A DNA stretch of 64,000 nt, taken from NCBI RefSeq assembly GCF_004010195.1, contig NC_057756.1, forward strand, positions 7,382,275 through 7,446,274. The letters are read 5' to 3'. A program made the position numbers and the translations under genes. Under the pieces are notes generated by a model. It searched no databases. It was not told the DNA's origin and saw nothing but the letters and a program-made list of their open reading frames with translations. Positions 12,487-23,995 of the stretch are shown here, in pieces (the stretch's first letter is position 1; each line of letters opens with the position of its first letter). Source of the stretch: Chiloscyllium plagiosum. Lineage: Eukaryota.

Positions 12487-12801
12487 CAAGTACATGCAGG
12501 GTGAGAGCCGCTGACACTTGGTCACCCGCTTCAGGAACCATGGTAACAAAGTACTCCCCACTGTCTGAAAACATCACTGACTTTAGCAGAAGTGATCCAC
12601 TTAGCGTTAAAATCTCAGCACGCAACTTGTAATCATTACTTATTGAAGCAAATGAACCGATCCATAACCCAATGTTTCTCCCTTGGAAATCCCAGTTCCC
12701 ACTCTTCACAGCAGCCGATGATTTCACTGAAAAGTTTGCCGTTTCTCCAACAGTCATATTAATTCTGTGTTCGGTCTGGATCGTGAATGACTGGGGCTCA
12801 G
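12487..12801 (-). CDS. Gene 1, IgV/N-type domain exon V-A (no B/F-strand cysteines); splice donor mutated to ATAAGC
   Basis: 315-nt open phase 1-1 exon AEPQSFTIQTEH...GSLLLKSVMFSDSGEYFVTM...LTLHVL; TTTCTCCAG acceptor; donor position homologous to GTAAGC of V-B reads ATAAGC (12486); read-through stops at 12442-12440. Confidence 0.75.
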
Positions 12802-12994
12802 CTGGAGAAATCAACATCATTAAGGAAGTTACAGACAAAAACTCTCCACTATATATATTTCTCTGACATTTCTGACATTTTCTGACATTCTGACATTTTC
12901 TAACAATTGCTAGATGTCTTGGTTTTCCAAGTTCCCAAATAAATGGTAAAGTGTTTGTATTCCTACCACTGAGGCTCCCAGGTACAAGTCTTAC

Positions 12995-13021
12995 CTTCTG
13001 TCGGGGTCTGTAATGGCATAT
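12995..13021 (-). CDS. Gene 1, 27-nt microexon of cassette A: (D)MPLQTPTE(G), phase 1-1
   Basis: TTTGCAG acceptor and GTAAG donor; all 3 differences from the copy at 10660-10686 fall at third codon positions; upstream intron is only 57 nt. Confidence 0.55.
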
Positions 13022-13078
13022 CTGCAAAGGGTGAGTTGCAAGATATCTAGAACAGTTAGTAAGTCAACGTGTACTCAC

Positions 13079-13130
13079 CCCCTGCCATGAATAAACAAAC
13101 AGAGATGGTGGTAAGTGGCAGTTTCGCCAT
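13079..13130 (-). CDS. Gene 1 (CEACAM-like Ig receptor), leader exon of cassette A: MAKLPLTTISVCLFMAG|G, phase 1
   Basis: ATG at 13130-13128; 52 nt (17 codons + 1 nt); hydrophobic signal-peptide-like sequence; strong donor GTGAGTAC at 13078; paralogous copy at 10745-10796. Confidence 0.8.
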
Positions 13131-14779
13131 TTTGAATGCAACCTCACTCCTCCAGTCTCTGTTACATTCAGAGACTGACCCTCTCCCCCTGGTGCAGATC
13201 AATGAAGATAGTTTCGGAAAAGGCAACGCTAATTGGTCCAAATTCTGGTCATCTGACAGGAAACTCATTGCACAGTGTACAGTGAGAGGATAACAGCTGG
13301 TAACAAAAATCAGTAGAAAAATCAGATTCCCGCTCGTTCAGAAATCTAAATATTGTTCCTCTATTCTACAGTCATGTCAATATGAGGCCTACTTATCCTT
13401 CAACCGGGACACCCATGGTTCAATTTTCACTTTAGCTACTTGTGCATGGACTTTCTGGATGGCGTTCAGAACCATTCCTCAAAGAAAGCAGCTAGATCTG
13501 GGCAGCTTCAGTGGTGGAATACGATGGAAAAAAACATTCATAGCACAGAAGAGTCAGACAATGACCATTTTAAACAAGAATGTGCAACTCGTCCATTGCT
13601 TTCAGTAGCATTGTCAAACCTCTCGAATTCATCTCTCAACATGGTGCTCATCTCATCCCTTAAACACACTGTATTCAGCGAATTGTTAAAGTATCACTCT
13701 TTGCCAAAGAAAAGACTTTTCATCAGTTACAGTGTACACGTTGAACGTTGGTTGTAATATTCTGGACAAGCCTGGACATATACAGCGAGGATAAACAACG
13801 TTGTCTAGGATAAAGTCATTGGCTAGGATTGAAAGATAATCAACAAAATTAAACGCTCGTGCACTATGGATAGCAGTCGACATTGCCCACAATTCAACTC
13901 ATCACCAAACCTTCTCCCACAAGTCATTGCAAACATATAACCTCTATTTTTTTTCTGTGGAAAATCTCTTCCCATTGCTTGAAGAATTGAAGGCACCAGA
14001 CATTTGCTACGCTCAAAAAAAACCAAATGAAACCATGATGATAGGAAGCAAAGGTTGTTTACAGAATGACTGGTTGTCATCTGAAGTGCTTTTTCTGAGG
14101 GTTTAGTGGAGGGATATTGATCAAAAGAAAGTGGAGTCACTGTCTGAATTGAAATATCTGCAGGGTGTGAAGCAACAGCCTTGCTACATTGTTATTTCTG
14201 AGAGCAAGGAGAGACATGATGGACCAAATGGACTTCTTCTATGATGGAGCCAGCTATGTTGCTTCAGTCTATGAGGGGCAACAGCATGAGGTTCAGAGCA
14301 AGTTCAGCTTTAATCACTACAACCATGTATGTGCCAGAGCACCGTGAGAGATTGTCATCCAACTGCTTTTAATCAGAATCTTCCCTTCTATCCTAAATAC
14401 GGCAGTGAAAATGCCTATTCCATTGTAATTTTTATATAGAGAGAATGTGGGATAAGGGATCGCTGGCAGGACCAGCATTTGGTGGCTGTCCTTTGTTGCA
14501 CTTAAGGTGATGGTGAGCTGCTTTCCTGAACCACTGCAGTCCATTAATAGTTATGGAGGCAGTTCCAGGGAATTCCACTGAAGGAGATGTCATATAGTTC
14601 TAAGTCCAGGTGGTGTGTGGGAACACAAACATCATCATAATCCTGTTTATGTTCAGCCTTTGTCCTTCAAGATGGTTGTAGTCGTAGTTTGGGAAGATGC
14701 TGTCTAAGAGTTGTTGGTGAGTTCCTGCAGTGCACCTTGCAGACACTGCTGATGCTGAACGTTGGTGATGGAGCAGTCA

Positions 14780-15505
14780 GAGAGTCATACAGTCATAGAG
14801 ATATACAGCATATGGAAACAGAATCTTTATTCCAACTTGTCTATGCTAACTAATTGCTCTATATCAATCTAGTCTAATTTGCCAGCATTTGGCCCATATC
14901 CCTCTAAACGGTTCCTATGCATACACCCATAAAGTGCCTTTTTAATGTTGTAATTATACCAGCCTCCACCACATCCTCTGGCAGTTCAGTCCATACACAC
15001 ATCCTCCTTTGTCTAAAAAAGTTGTCGCTTATGTCCCTTTTCAATCTTAGTCTTCACCTCAAACCTATCCCCTCTAGTTTTTAATTTCCCATCTGGGTAA
15101 AAGAATTGCCTATTTATTCTATCCATGGCCCTCATGATTTTATATATCTCTATTAGGTCACCACTAGGCCCCAAAACTTGGGGAAAAATAGCTTCAATCT
15201 ATTCTGCCTCTTCCTATCGCTCAAATGCTCTAACCCTGGCCAAATCTTCATGCATCTTTCTGAACCCTTTCTGGTTTTACAACATCCTTCCTATAGGAGG
15301 GAGATAAGGATTGCATACAACACTCCAAAAGTGGCATGACTAAGGTCCTGTACAGCCGTAGCATGATCTGCCAACTCTTATATTTGATGTTTAGACTAAT
15401 AAAGGCAAGCATAGAAAACACCTTCCTCACTATTCTGTCTACATGTGACTCCACTTTCAAGGAACAATGAACCTGCACTCCAAGATCTCTTTGTTCAGGA
15501 ACACA
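14780..15505 (-). mobile_element. CR1 3' fragment
   Basis: EQRDLGVQVH and LYRTLV motifs; AGTCATAG-type tail. Confidence 0.8.
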
Positions 15506-15509
15506 CCTT

Positions 15510-16250
15510 TTGATGTTTGTGGATATGGTGCCCACTAAATGAGGAGCTTTATTCTGGATGGGGTCAGACTTCTTTAGTATTGTTGGGGTTACATTCATTC
15601 AAGTAGGGTTGGAAACTTCCACCTTGCCCTTCACTTAAGCCTTGTGTGCAGGCTTTGAGTCGTCAGGAGGTGAGTTGCTTGCTGCATTATTTTGAGCCTT
15701 TGACCTACTTGTGATCGAATGATATTCATATGGAGAGCTCAATTCAGTTTCTCTTCAATACCAGGATCACAATAACATCATTTAAAGTCCATGTCCGGTG
15801 GTTAGATCGCCTCCTATTAGAGATGGTCATTGCCTGATATTTGTTTGGTGCCAATGTAGTTTGCCACTTTTCCGTCCAAGTCTGGATATGGTTCACATTG
15901 AGGCGCATTTGGGCACGGACTGCTTCGGTATCTGAGGAGTTGCGAATGGTGCTGAACATTGTGCAGTCATCAACCAACATCTGCTTTTCTGACCTTGTCC
16001 TGGAGGACAGATGTCTGATCGAGGAGCTGAAGACGTATGGCCATGGGATACTACCCAGAGGAACTCCTGCAGGAGCATCCTGCAGCTGAAATGTTGAATC
16101 TCAAATAATCATAACCTATTTTCAGATGTGCCAGGTATGAATCCAACCTGTGGAGTTCTCCCCTGATGATCTTTGACTCCAGTTTCGCTGGGAATTCTTG
16201 CTACTACACACAGTCAGATACAGCTGTCATATCAAGGGACATCACGCTCA
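15510..16250 (-). mobile_element. Older LINE RT fragment (CR1/L2 superclade); related pieces at ~31900-33140 and ~37160-37440
   Basis: Degenerate FADD-type motif (LVDDCTMFSTI) and W-x-x-K-W-Q motif. Confidence 0.6.
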
Positions 16251-17642
16251 CTTATAGAGTCATGGAGCCATAGAGATGTACAGCGTGGAAACAGACCCTT
16301 TGGTCCAACCCGTCCATGCCAACCAGATATCCCAACCCAATCTAGCCCCACCTGCCAGCACCCGGCCCACATTTCTCCAAACCCTTCCTATTCATATACC
16401 CATCCAAATGCCTCTTAAATGTTGCCATTGTACCAGCCTCCACCACATCCTCTGGCAGCTCATTCTCTGTGACTTGCTGTCACTATCTAAATATGCTATT
16501 TTAGCAAGACCTCACTGCTAATTCAGTTCCAACAACGGCACAAGTATCTGGAATCAAAAACTTGTATCTGTGAATAAACTTACTTTTCAGAATGAAACAC
16601 TTGCTGCAAAACTTTTACTGTTGTGTAGTTGCATACAATTGTGCTCCTGTGAGTTGTATCACAGAGAGATGACAATATGTTGGTGAAAAACGGCAGGTCA
16701 AGTATTTCTGATGCTTGAGGAGCTCAGGAGTTTGAGAGTTGTTAGGGTTGTCCATAGATCAGCAGTACAAAATGGCCGACAGCTGCCCATAGCTGGAAAC
16801 AATATGGCTGACAACTTCAGATGGTTGATGCAGCAGAACCATACTGACAGTAAGTTTTTCAAGGTTGCTGATTTGTATGCGATATAGAGCTGAATTGAAC
16901 ATTTGACTAATCACAAGTAGGACAAAACAGCTTTGTAAGAACATTTGTTTCAGCTAACATTGATGATACAAAAAAAATAACTTTTGCATTAAACAATAGC
17001 AACTCTGTAGGGAGCTAACATATAAGACATTGAACGTTTGACCTATCCCAAATAGCATAACAGCAACCCTGTAAGAACACTTGATTCAGCTATAGTTAAC
17101 ACATAGCTCTCGGATTGTTAATCAATCTGTAACGTACTAAGTAGTTTCATACAGTAAAAATGACCCTCCTCCACACCCCTTATCATTGTTCTTTTGTATT
17201 TCTTGTAATGAAAAAGTCAAAAATTAGCAATTTTTGAGGAAAAGAACCGGAAATGGCGTCACCCAACTTAAGAAACCAAGACCTATAATTACAGAGGCGG
17301 GACATACCACCAGAACTTCACCAGAGACTCTCACTGATTGATGTTACCTAGTCATGTGACAAAACATCTGAAAACAAACCTCCCAGCTGAGCGAGCTAAT
17401 ATACATCCAAATTTAAAAGTTTCTCATCTAATCAAATGCTAAATAACACTTGCAGAAACTTACGAAAGTTTTTGAAAACACCACGATCGGGGTGGACAGC
17501 AAGCCTCAGTTATTAGCAATTCAGAGCTAATTACAGATGGACATTTTGTTCTGCTGACCAATAGTAATCAAATGGCGTGTGCACTCTAAGTTTAAATTGT
17601 ATAAGTCAAGATGCTTTTGCGCCTTTATTGCCTTTTCTGCTG

Positions 17643-18609
17643 TGTGGTGGAACTGTTCTGTAAATCACAAATAACAATCACCCGAATCCATGCCGTGACT
17701 CAAACTCTCATTGAAAATATGAGATCTAACAAGTATCAAGGGTATGACTGTATACTGTCTTTGACCAGAATAATGCAGTTCCGCTGTCAGTGAATGTGAA
17801 GTCTTGTCGAGTGACTGCAGGGGTGTTGGTATGGTAGGAGTGTAGCCAGACAAAATGGCGGATTTCTGAAAAATCGACAATTAATGAAGCATTCTTGGAA
17901 CTTGGGACAAGCCTTGAGCAAGGTTCCTGTGCTAATAGACAGGCTGCAGCTGCAGATGGACAGCATGCAATTAACCCAGCAGCTGCAGACGATACATTAT
18001 GCACTTCAATTTGAATTGAATAGCATCAAGCTGAATGTCTACCCCAGGACAATCGAAAGATCAAGTTGTTGCCAGACACAGGGTGCTGCCTCACAGCCTT
18101 ATTTGGAGAGGGCTACCTGACCTATGTTCACCTAACACCTTCAGTAATGGATGCCCAAGGACCACCTTGCCATCAACATGTCAACGCCTGGTTGGGTCCG
18201 ATTGATCAGGATCAATCTATTACAGGACACTAAGACCCTTCCAAAAGGGCCAGAACAACTACTAAGTGTAAGTATTGCCGCAACACCATCCACAGCAGCA
18301 GTAACTCGAGACCAACAACTGTGGAGGAAAGACACCCCTGAGACCACGAGGAGAAGGCTAAGAGATGATCATCGTTACGTGGATCAAAGCCAAGATGTTG
18401 AGTGGTGGTATATGATCATCCAGAGTTCAGTTAAAACCAGGATAGTTGATTAGATTGATAGTGTGAATTTTTAATTTATAATATATTTTATTGTTACAGT
18501 ATTAATTATGGAAAATAAATAAACATTATCGTTTCTTGTTATTGAGCATCGACTCGCAGTCTCTTTGCTAGATATAAGAGTTAAAATACGCTGTGTGGCA
18601 GTCACAACG
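17643..18609 (+). mobile_element. Possible solo LTR-like element
   Basis: TGTGGTG start and CACAAC(G) end; AATAAA ~90 nt before the end; no clear TSD. Confidence 0.3.
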
Positions 18610-20021
18610 GGAATAATATGATTACTTTAACAACCTAAGTATAATATTGCAAATAAAGGGTATCACTATAGTTTGCCAGTTCTTAAAGAAAAACAGAATA
18701 ACATATATATAAAACACTTGGCAGTGAAACTAATAGCTGCTTCCACGTTGAATATTTGTTCTATCCATAGAAAGGTGACAGCCAGAAATGCATTAGACCA
18801 TTTGACCCCCTCTCCATATTGCAGTTCCTTCAAAGGGATTTGAAAGATACTTCCATCAATGTACATTTGATCACTTTTTCGTACTTATCCATACATGCTT
18901 CAGTGATGTCTTGATACCACTCCTCAAAAGAAATAGTTTCGATTGTAGACTAGTTATTTTCACATCTCTGAATAACAACAAACTGTATGAACATTGCCAA
19001 ACACTGAGCCACCCAAAGTTTATCTCTGTAAGTCTGTGTACAACTGAGGCTGGAACTTTATTTTTACATTTTAACAGTTGCAACGTGGCCAGTCACAATG
19101 AAGATCAAATGTTGCAACGAACTGGGTGCCGAAGACGTCGAAGTCTTATTTCACTCCTTCAGCTGTCCTGGAATATATATTAATATTTGAGCACTACATA
19201 AAATTAAAAATATCCTCAAGGTCCTGTTTGCCCTCAATATCAGTTCAGCCAATATCTGAACCAAATCAAGTTTGTTTTCAGAATTCATCATGTATACCGT
19301 TAGTGAATAGTCTCCTTTAGACCTAATTTATCAAATGACTAATGCCAGTCAATGTAAATAGTATCTGGCATTATCCATTACTTCAGTTTTGTCTTCAAGG
19401 AACTCAGGTTTTCCAGTTACAACAAGTGCTCAAAAACTCTTGGTGACTTTCTGTCATCCACCAAAGATGGCTAATGTCTCTGCCGTGATCTAGATGGCAG
19501 CAGTTTTAAAGAAATAACCTGTTTGGCTAACTAACTTGGAGTACAAAATATTAGAAGCGACACACATACTAAAAAATCTCACCTCCAGAAACATAAGTAG
19601 AAATGATGAAAATGCCAAGTAAAATCTTCATTTTTACTTTGTTCTTTGATAAAATCGTACAGTGCAGTTACATACAGTTCTTCTCAAAGTTCTGTGTCAG
19701 TCAGTCAGTTTGTACTCACAAGAAAGTACAACGCCTCAAACAAATAGAACCTTTGACTGGTTCAGAGGTGTCATTATGCAACATATTAGCTTCATTCTGC
19801 CTGACAGTAGTGGCATTCTGCCACACATGATCAGTCCCAGTCATACACTGCAACCAATTGTTTCAAAATAACTACATCATTCAACAACACTATCAACTCC
19901 TTGTCACTTCAACTCCTTCCTGTTGAAGTGACAAAGTCTCGCAGCTGGAATTCAGAAATGTTGATGCATAGAAAATATAAGCAGGAGTAGGCCATTCGAG
20001 CCTGTTCCACCATTCAATATG

Positions 20022-20330
20022 TGTGCAACACGGTGGCTCAGTGGTCAGCCCTGCTGCCTCACAGCGCCAGGGCCCTGGGATTGATTCCCACCTTGATGAC
20101 TGTGCGGAGTTTGCAATTTTGCCCCGTGTTTGCGTCGGTTTGCTCGGGGTGCTCCGGTTTCCTCCCACATTCCTAAGATTTGCAGGTCATGTGAATTGGC
20201 CATACTAAATTGACCATAATGTTAGGTCCATTAGTCAGGGGAATGGTTTGGGTAGGTTACTCTTCAGAGGGTCGGTGTGAACTTGTGGGCCGAAAGGCCT
20301 GTTTCCATACTGTAGGGAATCTAATTTAAT
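20022..20330 (+). mobile_element. HE1-type V-SINE
   Basis: tRNA-like head and V-domain. Confidence 0.85.
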
Positions 20331-20339
20331 CATAATCAT

Positions 20340-21390
20340 CGCTAACCATCGTGCACAATTCCCTCATCCCACCATAACCAATATCTCCCGATTCCCTCAG
20401 CCACAAGACCGATATCTGCCTCCTTCTTGAAAACACATACTCTTCCGGCTTCAATCACTTTCTGTGCTGGTGAATTCCACAGACTCACCATTCTATAGGT
20501 GAAGACGTTTCTCTTCACCTCAGTCCTGAAAGATTTATCCTGAAACTTTGACCCCGGGGGAAGTTAGGAATGTCCTCCCCGCATCCAACCTGTCTACATC
20601 TGTTAGAATTTTAAAGGTTTCTATGAGATTCCTCCTGCATTCTTCTGAACACCACTAAATACAATACCATAATCACCTTTATCAGTTACATCCTCAAAGA
20701 ATTCCAATAGATTTGTGAAGTATGATTTCCCTTTTGTAAATCCATGCTGAATGTCTTTGAATCTAACACTGTTTTGTCAGTTCTTCGATATAAAATCCTC
20801 GATAATGAACTCTGGCATATTCTACACGACTGACATCAGACTCACTATTCTCGAGATCACTGGTTTCTCTCTACATCCCCTTATAAATAGTGGAGTTAAA
20901 ACAGTCACCCACAAATCAGAATGGATGTTCCTGAGTCTAAAGAATCAGGGAAGATGGCCGTCAATGCAACCATTATTCCTAGCAACACTTCCTTAAGTAC
21001 TCTGGGATGTGGATTATCAGGCCCTGTGGATTTACCAGTCTTCAATTTCGCCAACAACATTTTTCTGTTAATGCAGATTCCTGTCAGCTCCTTCACCTCA
21101 CTAAACCTAGTGTTCCGCTTCATTTCTGGTACATTATTCATTTTTTCTTTTGTGAAGCCAGAAACAAAATTTGAGGTTAGTTTGTCAGCCATTTCTTTAT
21201 TCTGCATTATACATTCCCCTCTTCTGACTACAAAGAACCTACAACAGTATACATCAACCTTTGTTTCTTTGTATACTTAAAGAAACTTTTCTGATTGGTT
21301 CTTATCTTCCCCATAAGCTTAATCTTATAATCAATTATCTCATTCTCATAAATCTCTTGGTCTTCCTTTACTGATTTCTAAACTGTTCCT
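20340..21390 (-). mobile_element. Degenerate CR1 fragments
   Basis: KSTGPDNPHPRVLKEV motif. Confidence 0.65.
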
Positions 21391-21394
21391 GATC

Positions 21395-21735
21395 CATTGA
21401 ATCGCTACAGTGTGGAAACAGGCCATTTGGCCCAACATGACAATACCAATCCTCTGAAGAGCACCCCATCTCCCTACCCTATCCCTGTTACCCTGCAATT
21501 CCATGGAAAATGCACCTAACCTGGAATACATCCCTGGACACAGTAGACAGCATAGCATGGGCAATCCACCTAATCTGGACATCTTTTGAGAAAATCAGAG
21601 TACCCAGTGGAAGCCCACTGCGACTCAGGGGCAATGTGCAAACTCTACACAGACAGTGACCCGAGGCTGGAATCGAACCCAGATCCCTGGCACTGTGAGG
21701 CAGCAGTGCTATACACAGAGCCACTGTGCCGACCC
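21395..21735 (-). mobile_element. HE1-type V-SINE
   Basis: V-domain and head on the reverse strand. Confidence 0.8.
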
Positions 21736-22167
21736 CGCCCCCAACCCAACTTGTCCATGCCAACCAAGTTTCCCAAACTGAATGAGTCCAGTTTGACAGC
21801 ATTTGCACCATATGCCCGTAAACCCTTCCTGCTCATGTACCTAAACAAGTGTCTTTTAAATGTTGTAATTCTACCTGCATCTACCACTTCCTCTGACAGT
21901 ACATTCTACATAGGGACCATCTATGCGTGAAAAAACTGCCCCTCAGGTTCCTTTTAAATCATTCTCCACTTAAAATTGTACCATCTAGGTTGAACTCCAC
22001 TACACGAGGGAAAATACACTTGTCATCCATCTTATCTATATTCCTCATGATATTTCAACCTCTATAAGCTCCCTTCCTCATAATCTCCGGTGAAAAAAGT
22101 CCACGCCTTTAAAGCCTCTCCTTGTAACTCAAATCTCCAGTCCCAGTGACATCCTTGTAAATCTTTT

Positions 22168-22910
22168 AGAACATAGAACATAGAACATAGAACATAGAAG
22201 AATACAGCGCAGTACAGGCCCTTTGGCCCTCGATGTTGCGCCGATCCAAGCCCACCTAACCTATACTAACCCACTATCCTCCATATACCTATCCAATGCC
22301 CGCTTAAATGCCCATAAAGAGGGAGAGTACACCACTGCTACTGGCAGGGCATTCCATGAACTAACGACTCGCTGAGTGAAGAACCTACCCCTAACATCAG
22401 TCCTATATCTACCCCCCCTTAATTTAAAGCTATGCCCCCTCGTAATACCCGACTCAATCCGCGGGAAAAGGTTCATACTGTCGACCCTATCTAACCCCCT
22501 AATCATCTTCTACACCTCAATCAAGTCACCCCTAAACCTTCTTTTCTCTAATGAAAACAGCCCCAAGTGTCTCAGTCTTTCCTCATACGATCTTCCTTCC
22601 ATACCAGGCAACATCCTGGTAAACCTCCTCTGCACCCGTTCCAATGCCTCCACATCCTTCCTATAGTATGGCGACCAAAACTGCACACAATATACCAGAT
22701 GCGGCCGTACCAGAGTCTTATACAACTGCATCATGACCTCAGGACTCCGGAACTCAATTCCTCTACCAATAAAAGCCAGTACGCCATATGCCTTCCTCAC
22801 CGCACTATTTACCTGGGTGGCAACTTTCAGAGATCTGTGTACATGGACACCAAGATCCCTCTGCTCATCCACACGACCAAGTATCCGACCATTAGCCCAG
22901 TACCCCATCT
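22168..22910 (-). mobile_element. Young 5'-truncated CR1 3' end with (AGAACAT)n tail, adjoining an older CR1 fragment (~21745-22167)
   Basis: Nearly undegraded RT C-terminus (RVDEQRDLGV...LEKRRFRGDLIEV...RFFTQRVV); 4 perfect tail repeats. Confidence 0.9.
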
Positions 22911-23004
22911 AAAGGCATCGAGAGCATTGATACATACCACATGCTCCTTCTCCAAGGACACCCTGCTTTATCCTCAATCATAGAATAGCCTTTATCCTCA
23001 ATCA

Positions 23005-23290
23005 TAGAATAGAATCCCAACAGTGTGGCATGAGAGAATTGACCCATCAAACCCCACCAACCATCCAAAGAGCATCCCACCTGGAGCACTCCATCCTTGT
23101 ACCACTGCATTTCCCATGGCTGATCCACCTATTCTGCACAATCCTGGACACTGTGGACAATTTCGCACAAATGACCCACCTAACCCACAAATATTTGAAC
23201 TGTGCAAGGAAACCAGAGCACCTGGAGGGGGCCCACACAATCATAGGGGAATGTGCAAACTCCACACTGGCTGTTGACCAAGGCTGGACT
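23005..23290 (-). mobile_element. HE1-type V-SINE, partial
   Basis: V-domain on the reverse strand. Confidence 0.7.
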
Positions 23291-23995
23291 CCAATTTAAA
23301 TCAAAACAGATGATCCCTGTGCATTGTCACATTGCTGTTTATTGGAGACATATTGCCCAGAGAGACATCTTGAGATTCAGAAAGAGACAATATAAATTCA
23401 GTCAACTCCTGCCGAGTTAATGTGATTAACAACAACATCAGTACTCCAACAGTGTCATCAGACCTCGTACCTACTCTATCATTTACGATTTTGAAACCAT
23501 GGGAAGTTTGTTACCAGCTTCGATGACAGCCATAATGCTCTGACCACTTTGAGCCACTGCAAGTCAGTTCTAATAGATATCAATAGATTGAATCTAAACA
23601 GGATGCCCCACAACAGGAAGTGCTCTGACACTCAATGCCCGTAAGTCAAGGTCATTTTCCTAAAACCACTCACGTCTGGCAATAACATTGAAGATATTTT
23701 ATACAGTAACCTTTCAGTCTCAATTGTCAGTTCCAGTCCACGAAGCAGCCAGTAACATGCACCAGTGAATTGAATACTAACAGCAGCATTGCCCTGGCAG
23801 GAGAGATTGAGGAGCTTGAAGCTGTCTTCTCTGGAGTATCTAAACATGAAACACTTCAAATGAACAAAAATCTTCAAGAGCTCGAGAGGATAGATACAGG
23901 AAGGATGTGCTCCTAGGCTGGTGTGCCTGGAATAAAATAAGCACTAACTACGGTATCTTTAACCAACATTCCCTTTAGCTGCATAAATGTTTAAG

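Larger units (their letters stand above)
10841..13175. repeat. Tandem segmental duplicate, unit A
   Basis: See unit B; junction at about 10840/10841; unit A alone has a short (TCTGACATT)n expansion at ~12862-12900. Confidence 0.9.

Noticed and set aside
12480..12490. U12-type AT-AC intron explanation for the AT donors (also 60147)
   Set aside because: Sequences are ATAAGC/ATAAGT, not the U12 consensus ATATCCT, and the paralogous donors are GTAAG
7438..13130. V exons as rearranging Ig/TCR/IgNAR gene segments
   Set aside because: No heptamer-nonamer RSS after the V exons, no canonical cysteines, and the G strand is encoded in the same exon followed by a splice donor
20022..20100. tRNA genes suggested by A/B boxes
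   Set aside because: These are tRNA-derived SINE heads followed by V-domain and LINE-derived tails
23340..23646. Possible heavily decayed plus-strand IgV remnant (GKFVTSFDDS..., GSALTLNA|GTAAGT)
   Set aside because: Needs several frameshifts and lacks the diagnostic W and D-x-x-x-Y-x-C motifs; not supportable without a profile search
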